This document shows positions 38,654 to 46,287 of a DNA stretch of 64,000 nt, one piece after another. The notes beneath the pieces were generated by a model, which saw nothing but the letters and a program-made list of their open reading frames with translations, was not told where the DNA came from and made no database searches. Position numbers and translations under genes: made by a program. Every line of letters begins with the position of its first letter. Position 1 is the stretch's first letter. This DNA comes from a virus. Lineage: Duplodnaviria > Caudoviricetes. The stretch lies in IMG/VR virus record IMGVR_UViG_3300021387_000147. The stretch is one strand, 5' to 3'.

Positions 38654-39257
38654 CTTGCATACCTATCAATCTAAGTTTAGCCTTTTGTAATGCGATAGCA
38701 TGACTACGCATCCACTTGTTAATAAATTCTATTACTTCATCTTTATTATCAAATTCTTTATATTTTACTTCATAAGTAGAAGTAGGATTTAATACATAAT
38801 TTCCAATTACTATTGAACCAGAAACCATGCATAGAGTTTCACTATTTTCATAAATTTTATAATCTAAATCACTATAGTTGACATAATACTTTTTACATGG
38901 AGCATTAGCATATTCAAAACCATAACTAATAGATAATGGCTCAGAGAATTTGTAATCTCTAAAGTTTATTCTTTTATTAAAATCATAAGAAATACCAAAT
39001 CTATCTTCATCACAAAATGATTCCTTTAATTCTGCATACAAAGGATATAATTCACCTAACAAATCTTCAGCGATATTTTCATTTTGTAATTCATACGCCC
39101 AATAACTAGAGTCATCATCGTTATATTCTGGATCATCATGCCAATAACTATAATAGCGCTGATATTCTTCCTCTTCTTGCATTTCAAAATCCGCTTCCAA
39201 TAACTCGAAAGCGGATGTAAGGTGAGGTCTTCTATGATCGTAATGTTTTAAGCTCAT
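38640..39257 (-). CDS. C-terminal helix family member with acidic N-terminus
   Basis: Ends ALQKAKLRLIGMQDDKD. Confidence 0.7.
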   Translation of the reverse strand: MSLKHYDHRRPHLTSAFELLEADFEMQEEEEYQRYYSYWHDDPEYNDDDSSYWAYELQNENIAEDLLGELYPLYAELKESFCDEDRFGISYDFNKRINFRDYKFSEPLSISYGFEYANAPCKKYYVNYSDLDYKIYENSETLCMVSGSIVIGNYVLNPTSTYEVKYKEFDNKDEVIEFINKWMRSHAIALQKAKLRLIGMQDDKD

Positions 39258-39709
39258 TATCCAAATAATTTATTTTTAAATTTACTGAAGAAGGAATCAA
39301 TGTCGATATTACATTCAAATCCGCCTTCATAACCATGCCCAAGAGCAGGTCCTTCAACCCAATTGCCATTTTCATCTTGATGTTCGTAAGAACCACTAAA
39401 TGGATGAGAAAAAATATCTTCGCCAACATGACGATTGGGCTTTACAAATTTGAGTTCTTCAAGTGCAGTAAGAGGCTTTCCCTTCTTCTTTGCAATCAAC
39501 TTATTTACTGTTTCAAGTGACTCTACTGCATCAACAGGATGGTCCTTTTCATACTTTTCCTTGAGTTCTACGTCGCCGGCATGTGCTTCATTCATCTGAA
39601 TGCGATAAACAGCATTTTCATAGTCATACTGGTCATCTGGCTTGTCTCCAAAAATCCAGCTCATTATTGAATTGGTAGATTTAATTAACTTGTTTTTAAT
39701 TTTGCTCAT
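39257..39709 (-). CDS. Hypothetical protein
   Basis: ORF with AGGAG RBS. Confidence 0.65.
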   Translation of the reverse strand: MSKIKNKLIKSTNSIMSWIFGDKPDDQYDYENAVYRIQMNEAHAGDVELKEKYEKDHPVDAVESLETVNKLIAKKKGKPLTALEELKFVKPNRHVGEDIFSHPFSGSYEHQDENGNWVEGPALGHGYEGGFECNIDIDSFFSKFKNKLFG

Positions 39710-39721
39710 TTTAAATTCTCC

Positions 39722-39982
39722 TTAATAGTAAGTGACAAATCCATGACAACCATCACGATAAGTAAGTTTATACAATCCACAAACGTCTCTATCGTAATAG
39801 TGTTCGTAATAATACTGCTTTTCTTCAGTCATAATTTCTTCTTTTATAATGAATTCCTCGCCACAGTCATTTTCAAAATGATAATTGCATCGAGTTTCTT
39901 CATAATAATCAGGTTCAGTCGTTTCTACAACAGTGCATCCGACCATTATCATTGCAATCAAAAGAAATAAAATCTTTTTCAT
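39722..39982 (-). CDS. Small lipoprotein
   Basis: MKKILFLLIAMIMVG-C lipobox-like signal. Confidence 0.6.
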   Translation of the reverse strand: MKKILFLLIAMIMVGCTVVETTEPDYYEETRCNYHFENDCGEEFIIKEEIMTEEKQYYYEHYYDRDVCGLYKLTYRDGCHGFVTYY

Positions 39983-40158
39983 TAGCTCCCCATTTTGTTG
40001 AGTTTTTCAATAATAGCATGCACTTCAGACTGCAAACTATTATCGAACTTCTTTGAAAGCGCCTTACACTTGGCCCTCATTTCATAACTTGGACCCTTAT
40101 TTGAATACACATAAAGCGCAGTAGCAATTACTTGCTTTTCTTCTTCAGTCAATTCCAT
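39982..40158 (-). CDS. 58-aa hypothetical protein (not in ORF track)
   Basis: MELTEEEKQVIATALYV...; TAATG overlaps at both ends. Confidence 0.6.
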   Translation of the reverse strand: MELTEEEKQVIATALYVYSNKGPSYEMRAKCKALSKKFDNSLQSEVHAIIEKLNKMGS

Positions 40159-41468
40159 TACACATTCCTTCCATTTTCATACACATACTTGAGAGTCGGG
40201 AAGCGGAGGCTATATTCACCAGCCTTATTCTTCGTTTCTTCAAAGTACTTGATTGTCACAGTCTTACCGATAATCTTGGACGGCTTCTTCATCCATTCAA
40301 TTCGCTGTTCACGAGAAAGACCGCTACCAACATTCACCTTATTTCCCTTATGTTCAATGATAAGAGACTTAACACCAGTGAACTTCACATTGCCCTTACC
40401 AGGTTCAGAAGTAGTCATTTCAGCAATTTCAATATCCTTCACAACATATTCATCATCGAAGAACTTCTTAACCTTCAAGAGGTTCTTAGTACGACCAACT
40501 TCAAATTCAACGTCCTTACGAAGCATGAAGCCTTCCCAATCACCATCTTCCACATACTGAGACCAACGGTCAAAATCTTCCTGAGAAGTAATGCGTTCCT
40601 GTTCGAGCAACTTGATAGTAGTGAACTTGTTGCCCTTAAACATTTTCTGCATTTCCTTATAACGTTCAGAGAAGATAGCAGACTTTGTCTTCATTTCGAA
40701 TTCCTTCAACGTCACAAAGTCAAAAATCTGATAGCACGGATTTTCAATAGTCCAATTCTTCTTCTTAATTTCCTTCATGATCCAATCGAAGTGCTCATCG
40801 CCATTTTCGTCAACAATGCAAAGTTCACCATCGAAAACATAATTGCCAGTCGGAAGATTACGAACAAGCCATTCCACACCTTCCTTAACATTGTCGAGAG
40901 TAGTAAACGGCTTTCCCTGACGAGAAATAAAGTCAACAGAAACATTCTTAGAAGTCTTCTTAACCATTGCAACGCAACGACAACCATCACACTTACGAGA
41001 AGCAAAGAAAGTACCATCAATCGGATTTACACCCTTTACTTTGTCAAGAAGATGAGCAAGAGTGACAGTAAATTCAGCAGTGGCTTCCTCACCGATTAAC
41101 TTGTCGAAAGAAGCCTTAGAAAGACCAATCGTCAACTTACGCTGAAGAATTGCCTTCAAAATTTCATGGTCAGCCTTGACAAAACCACCAATAGTCTTTT
41201 CAACGAGAGCGATAGCATCATTGCCAGTCACTTCACGAGCATTCAGCTTATCCAACATTTTGTGGAATTTCTTATAGTCGTGGTCAATCGTATCCCAACC
41301 GCCCTTAGTAGGCATATCAAACTTCTTAACGCCGTAATTACGGTCCTTGTTGTAAGTGTCTTCGTAAATCTGCTTGATGGTATCATTGATATTGTCATTC
41401 ATAATGGCAGACTTTTCAGCAGTGCCAGCAGTAGAAGAAATCTTAGAGAAAAGCTTACGAATTTCCAT
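40158..41468 (-). CDS. ATP-dependent DNA ligase
   Basis: RKCDGCRC (KxDG), FDGEL, QIFD, WEGFMLR, LLKVK, VGSGLS, SLRFP. Confidence 0.93.
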   Translation of the reverse strand: MEIRKLFSKISSTAGTAEKSAIMNDNINDTIKQIYEDTYNKDRNYGVKKFDMPTKGGWDTIDHDYKKFHKMLDKLNAREVTGNDAIALVEKTIGGFVKADHEILKAILQRKLTIGLSKASFDKLIGEEATAEFTVTLAHLLDKVKGVNPIDGTFFASRKCDGCRCVAMVKKTSKNVSVDFISRQGKPFTTLDNVKEGVEWLVRNLPTGNYVFDGELCIVDENGDEHFDWIMKEIKKKNWTIENPCYQIFDFVTLKEFEMKTKSAIFSERYKEMQKMFKGNKFTTIKLLEQERITSQEDFDRWSQYVEDGDWEGFMLRKDVEFEVGRTKNLLKVKKFFDDEYVVKDIEIAEMTTSEPGKGNVKFTGVKSLIIEHKGNKVNVGSGLSREQRIEWMKKPSKIIGKTVTIKYFEETKNKAGEYSLRFPTLKYVYENGRNV

Positions 41469-41495
41469 ATTTAAACCTCTTTTAATTTTTACAAG

Positions 41496-41605
41496 TATAA
41501 TATAAGTATTTTGGAATGTCCTGTCAACCCTAAAATGTGTAAAATATTGTTTACAATACCAAAAAAAGCGCCCTTGGAGACGCTTTTTGTAAATTTTTAT
41601 TAACA
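41496..41605 (-). promoter_or_regulatory. Terminator plus sigma70 promoter with TGTAAA-N6-TTTACA operators
   Basis: TTGACA-N17-TATATT; boxes at 41538-41555 and 41588-41605 (1 mismatch); hairpin AAAAAGCG/CGCTTTTT between them. Confidence 0.75.
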
Positions 41606-41621
41606 TTCTACGAACAATATG

Positions 41622-42089
41622 TTAACATTTTGTTAACACTATGCATTCCTTTTCATTTTCCTTAAAATTATGGAGAATTTTAAACATTTTGGATGCAATT
41701 TTAGCATAATCTCGATAGTTTTGAGAAATCCATATATCATTTCGTTTGTTAACGTATCTATACCATAAGTTATCCAAACATAAATTTTGTTTATAATGTT
41801 CCTCATTCACATCGATAATTTCAATTACTCCATCATCCCTTAGATAATTCTTTAGATTTTCAAACAACTTTTGGAGATTTGGAATGTGATGAATTACATT
41901 TCTCAATCTAAAAATAGATACAGAATTGTGTGGTAATTCTCCATCTTTGTTATAGATTTTGTAATCAATCACATTATAATCTAAACATGGATTTGTAGTA
42001 AAATCACATGTTTTATAACCTTTTTTAGGGTTATAACCAGAGCCATAATCAATGAATAGGCTTTGAGTCGATGAAGTCTTTGAGTGCAT
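41622..42089 (-). CDS. Class I SAM-dependent methyltransferase-like protein
   Basis: FIDYGSG motif I; LPHNSVS..RNVIHHIPN..LKNYLRDDG. Confidence 0.7.
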   Translation of the reverse strand: MHSKTSSTQSLFIDYGSGYNPKKGYKTCDFTTNPCLDYNVIDYKIYNKDGELPHNSVSIFRLRNVIHHIPNLQKLFENLKNYLRDDGVIEIIDVNEEHYKQNLCLDNLWYRYVNKRNDIWISQNYRDYAKIASKMFKILHNFKENEKECIVLTKC

Positions 42090-42891
42090 CTAAATCTAAT
42101 TCCTCATAATCTGCAGAACTATAAGTCTTATTCAATGAACTATTACCAATCTTCTTACAGTATTGTTCCCATTTACAGAAATTGCCTACTGGAGTAATAA
42201 TAATATCGGTAGCATCGTAGCCTGTATAATTACCGAAAACACCAAATTGATGGCTATTTCCTTTTTCGTCTTTCCATATATAGTCATAAAAATTACAATT
42301 GTCATCCTTAACTTTTGAAGTTCCCATCTTTTCCTGGAAATCAAAATCAGAATATCTACCCATAAGGTCTTCACAGACAACTACATAGAAATTATCAGTC
42401 AAACATGCTTTTAACAATTCAACCAATTTGTCACCTGTAGATTCATTACATTTAGGAATATTCAATCTTGTATTAGGAATATACTTTTTACATAGAAGAG
42501 CTTGATCACGTCTTCTTGCATACTGTTCAATAGAAGATACAGAAATAGCAACTTCAGTTAAACCAGCCTCAGCGTAAGATTTAATACGTTCTTCATCTAA
42601 GAGAATTCCATTAGTGACAAGACAAACATCTTCAGATACATGTGCTTTAACAGCTCTAATAATATCAGGAAGGTCTTTTCTAATAGTTGATTCTCCACCC
42701 ATGATAGTTGCACGTTTAAGAATACCAACTTTATCCATAGTTGATATTGCTTTCTGCATATCTAATTGAAGAGGATCTTTTAAAGGTTGATAACAAAAAT
42801 AACAGTTTCCATGAGGTCCAGTGGATTCATTCATGTTGCAGTTAAGATTTGTTATCACTCTATATCTAAATATTGATTTTTTAACACCCAT
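42049..42891 (-). CDS. Radical SAM enzyme with atypical CX11CX2C motif
   Basis: TNLNCNMNESTGPHGNCYFC, MGGESTIRKDL, LVTNG. Confidence 0.8.
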   Translation of the reverse strand: MGVKKSIFRYRVITNLNCNMNESTGPHGNCYFCYQPLKDPLQLDMQKAISTMDKVGILKRATIMGGESTIRKDLPDIIRAVKAHVSEDVCLVTNGILLDEERIKSYAEAGLTEVAISVSSIEQYARRRDQALLCKKYIPNTRLNIPKCNESTGDKLVELLKACLTDNFYVVVCEDLMGRYSDFDFQEKMGTSKVKDDNCNFYDYIWKDEKGNSHQFGVFGNYTGYDATDIIITPVGNFCKWEQYCKKIGNSSLNKTYSSADYEELDLDALKDFIDSKPIH

Positions 42892-43682
42892 TAGACTAAG
42901 TTAATTCCTTCAATGATTCCATCACCAAGATTATTGGCATCAGAGGTTTCATTCTTATTAATTGGAGACAATTTAATAAAGAAGTGGTCTTTATCAAAAT
43001 ACTTTTCTAATAGAGCTAAATCAAAATCATCTTCATTTACAAGAGTCATATTGATAGTAGTCTTCAAATTAGATTTTGTTCTAATTGCACCTAATTCCTC
43101 AAGAGTCATCTTATTCTTATATGGAATTAACCAATTTCTATGGTCTTCATCAAAAGAATGCAAAGAAATCTGTAATGTAGTATTACCTTCAATCCAAGAG
43201 AAATCTGTTCCCTTAATACCAATTGTAGATACGTAAATATGAACATTTGGATATTTGTCTCTTAAGATTTTTGCCGCTTTCTGAACATTATCCCAATTCA
43301 AAGCAGGTTCACCCATTCTAGTCATATTGACCTTAAATTCTTTACACTTATTTGTGTCAATTTCTGGATGAAGATTACGAATCCAATCTACTTGTTCAAC
43401 CATTTCTTCTGCAGTCAAATTACGATATTTTGCTTTCATTTGACCAGTTGCACAGAACTTACAATGAACTGGACAACCACTCATACAAGAAATACCAATC
43501 ATCCAACGTTCAGTTCTATCACCTAATTCATAATTATTAAGCTTATTTTGTTTCTTACCAATAGCATCCTTTGTATAGAATGGAAGGAATGTATCAGTAC
43601 TTTCAATTAGTTTACCGTCTGGAAGTGCAAAACAATATACACTACCATTTGCAAAGTGTCTTGCTTTCTTTTCTGTTAACAT
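42891..43682 (-). CDS. RlmN/Cfr-like radical SAM core lacking the C-terminal AACGQL segment
   Basis: LIEST, SGCPVHCKFCATG, RNLTAEEMVEQV, MGEP, VSTIG, QISLHS, IKLSPIN. Confidence 0.85.
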   Translation of the reverse strand: MLTEKKARHFANGSVYCFALPDGKLIESTDTFLPFYTKDAIGKKQNKLNNYELGDRTERWMIGISCMSGCPVHCKFCATGQMKAKYRNLTAEEMVEQVDWIRNLHPEIDTNKCKEFKVNMTRMGEPALNWDNVQKAAKILRDKYPNVHIYVSTIGIKGTDFSWIEGNTTLQISLHSFDEDHRNWLIPYKNKMTLEELGAIRTKSNLKTTINMTLVNEDDFDLALLEKYFDKDHFFIKLSPINKNETSDANNLGDGIIEGINLV

Positions 43683-43694
43683 ATATCAAATCCT

Positions 43695-43725
43695 AAAACA
43701 ATGGAGAGGTTATCTCCATTGTTTT
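43695..43725 (-). terminator. Perfect 13-bp hairpin between the peptide and rSAM genes (attenuator or stabiliser)
   Basis: AAAACAATGGAGA-N5-TCTCCATTGTTTT. Confidence 0.7.
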
Positions 43726-43740
43726 TATTTAAGTTTTTAT

Positions 43741-43875
43741 TTATTCTTCATCCTGAACTTCAAGGATTGTTGCTAGCTGTCCACATGCGGCCTGAGCTTT
43801 ACGTTCTGCTTCAGTTGCAATAGCGACTGCGTAATCATATCCTGCTTGTTCTAACTGTTCCTTAATCTTATTCAT
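43741..43875 (-). CDS. 44-aa peptide carrying the RlmN catalytic motif AACGQL (not in ORF track)
   Basis: MNKIKEQLEQAGYDYAVAIATEAERKAQAACGQLATILEVQDEE; AAGGAG RBS. Confidence 0.85.
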   Translation of the reverse strand: MNKIKEQLEQAGYDYAVAIATEAERKAQAACGQLATILEVQDEE

Positions 43876-43889
43876 CTTTTTACTCCTTA

Positions 43890-44777
43890 TTAGTTAAAAT
43901 ACTGACCGATAAAATCTACAACGCCTTCAATAGAGTCGACTGTATCATCTTCGATCACGTTTTTACCCTGCCATACCATAACATTGTATGCATCATCTAC
44001 TTTGTCTATCTGAACATAATGACCATCACCATCACAGAAACGTGCTGAGCCTTGTGATTCACCTTCATTATCTACAACGTAGTCCAATTCTGGATATGCA
44101 TCCTGAATAGCATCACGAATTGATGCTGATTCTCTCAAAACTACTGTATAACCATGTTCTGTCAATAATGACTTTGCGTATTCTACTTCCATTTTCTTCT
44201 CCTTAATTGCTTTGTTCATTTGTCCAGGACTTAAATATGATAAACCATAATCTCGTTTAGGACCTTGATATTTGTCTAATATATTTATGCACTTTTTCAA
44301 AATATCACATTGGTGCTCATTATAAATCCATCTTTTTCCAACATGTTTATTATACCAATCCATGCATTTTGTGCCTCTTTCTTCAGCTGTTGCCATCCAA
44401 TCAGCCGCCAGTTCATACATATATGTGTCTGGAGTCTTCGTGCAATCTATATTAGTACTAAATTGGTCATCAGAAGGAGCGCCCCAGAATTCACTGTGAT
44501 GCGGATTCTTCTTAATGTGTTCTCTAATTACATCATTAGCCGCGTCTTTCTGCTCTGGAGTCACTGTTCCAGTCTTTGTAAATCTACATGCCTGTCTTTT
44601 CAAATTATATGGCTCTAATTTGTCAGCATCATGCTTTGCAATTCTATCGAAATCAATATCCTTTTCTGGAATGACTCCTGCTTCTACCAATTTCTTATAA
44701 AAAAATTTAACACGTGCAATGTGGTCCATTACACGCTTTTTACAAATTTCAACAATTTCAGGATCTACGTCAATCAT
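43890..44777 (-). CDS. HD-like (DUF5662-type) domain fused to a GY-motif module
   Basis: KHDADKL, HIKKNPHHSEFW, ELAADWMA; internal MEVEYAKSLLTEHGY with AAGGAG (start 44192). Confidence 0.65.
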   Translation of the reverse strand: MIDVDPEIVEICKKRVMDHIARVKFFYKKLVEAGVIPEKDIDFDRIAKHDADKLEPYNLKRQACRFTKTGTVTPEQKDAANDVIREHIKKNPHHSEFWGAPSDDQFSTNIDCTKTPDTYMYELAADWMATAEERGTKCMDWYNKHVGKRWIYNEHQCDILKKCINILDKYQGPKRDYGLSYLSPGQMNKAIKEKKMEVEYAKSLLTEHGYTVVLRESASIRDAIQDAYPELDYVVDNEGESQGSARFCDGDGHYVQIDKVDDAYNVMVWQGKNVIEDDTVDSIEGVVDFIGQYFN

Positions 44778-45415
44778 ATATTCAATAACTTAATCTTGGC
44801 TTTAATTGTTTTTAATAATTTCTTGAAATCTTCTAATCTATTTATTTCATTTTCAAGATCTGAGATAAATTCTACTGGATTTTCAGCCAAATGCAACAAA
44901 TCACTCTTACAATCTTTCATATTTAAATAAGAGTCAACTGCCTTATATGCAGGTTTTATTTGAAGATTTAATGCTTGAAATCTTAGACTAGAAATAAAAT
45001 CAAATTCCATCTTGTTAACAAAACATTTTAGATGAGAATTCTTTTCGTCTGTGATGAAAAATGCAATATCATACTTATAAGTGTCATTGTAATTTTCATT
45101 ACATTCTGAACGTAGAATATAAGACACAGAAATCAAATTTCTAAATGCCCATTTCTTAGTTGAAGGATCCAAAAAATTACCAGACTTCACTTCAAACGCG
45201 AATTGAAGATTTTTTGTATCAACATCGCGATTGAATGAACTCCATTCTGAATTATGATTATTGTCATCAAAATTATACTGATTCACTTCATTACAACCAA
45301 GTGAATGACTAAGTTTCACAAGTTCATCGTAATAAGGTGCAAATTCCTTTGTCAATGCTTCTGTATGAGCATCATTCAAAGAAAATTGACGTATAATTTG
45401 TTCTGCTGTTAACAT
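44774..45415 (-). CDS. C-terminal helix family member
   Basis: Ends LLKTIKAKIKLLNI. Confidence 0.6.
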   Translation of the reverse strand: MLTAEQIIRQFSLNDAHTEALTKEFAPYYDELVKLSHSLGCNEVNQYNFDDNNHNSEWSSFNRDVDTKNLQFAFEVKSGNFLDPSTKKWAFRNLISVSYILRSECNENYNDTYKYDIAFFITDEKNSHLKCFVNKMEFDFISSLRFQALNLQIKPAYKAVDSYLNMKDCKSDLLHLAENPVEFISDLENEINRLEDFKKLLKTIKAKIKLLNI

Positions 45416-46284
45416 TAATCTTCCTTCATTCCAATAGCCAGGATTTGTTCCTTCTTAGTAATACGAAGCAGTTTACGCTTAATCATATCTTCATAATCTT
45501 GGCGTGCTTGTTTCTTTGCCTTACGGTCAGTAGTCGTCTTGATAATATCCTTAAACTGCTTACCTTCCGCCTTAATTTCTGCTTTAATCTTGACAACTTC
45601 ATTTCCCTGTCTGATAAAGTAATCTTTCAGCTTTTCCATCTTGTCAAACCAAGCATTTACTTCATCAACAGAAGTCAGAGTCACATAGTTAAAATCACTT
45701 TCTGGATTCATCAGCTGACCAAGAATTCCAAAATGACGAGTATTCTTAAGGTTAAACAGATTTGCATCTGTAGAAGTCATTGCATTATATACAGACTTCA
45801 CAGCAATTGCAATTGGAGCCTTAATATACGTAGAGCTCATCTTATCAAGACGATGCCAATCCTTTTCAAAGTTAACATCGACTGCATCCAAATTAAGAGC
45901 AATTACACGCGGCTGAGTATTTCCACCAACCATCTTAAGGTCACTTCCATCCCAAGGACGAGAAGTATTCAAATCACATGCAAAAATCAGACTTCCATGA
46001 TATGGAACATCATGAGGCGTTCCACGCATTTCATCAGCAACAAGAACATTCTTAGGAAGTCCAAGATTATCGACTGGAACATCAAGCACATTTTCAGTCA
46101 TCCAACAGCTGATAAATTCACGATAACTGTTGTAGAAATCCTGCACAATCTTTGAGTCATACTGATAACGCTGCATTGAATTGCGTTCTTTTTCAGTAGA
46201 AGTGCGATTAGTTTCATAAGCAGTCCAATTCAGCTTATCTACACGAGCAGCGACTGCATCACGGAGTTCTTTATAAGTTGCCAT
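45415..46284 (-). CDS. C-terminal helix family member
   Basis: LTSVDEVNAWF ... ITKKEQILAIGMKED. Confidence 0.65.
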   Translation of the reverse strand: MATYKELRDAVAARVDKLNWTAYETNRTSTEKERNSMQRYQYDSKIVQDFYNSYREFISCWMTENVLDVPVDNLGLPKNVLVADEMRGTPHDVPYHGSLIFACDLNTSRPWDGSDLKMVGGNTQPRVIALNLDAVDVNFEKDWHRLDKMSSTYIKAPIAIAVKSVYNAMTSTDANLFNLKNTRHFGILGQLMNPESDFNYVTLTSVDEVNAWFDKMEKLKDYFIRQGNEVVKIKAEIKAEGKQFKDIIKTTTDRKAKKQARQDYEDMIKRKLLRITKKEQILAIGMKED

Positions 46285-46287
46285 TTT

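Noticed and set aside
42891-43875. Frameshift, intron or sequencing error explaining the split RlmN
   Set aside because: The C-terminal piece lies upstream of the core and has its own RBS, start and stop; linear joining cannot restore the order
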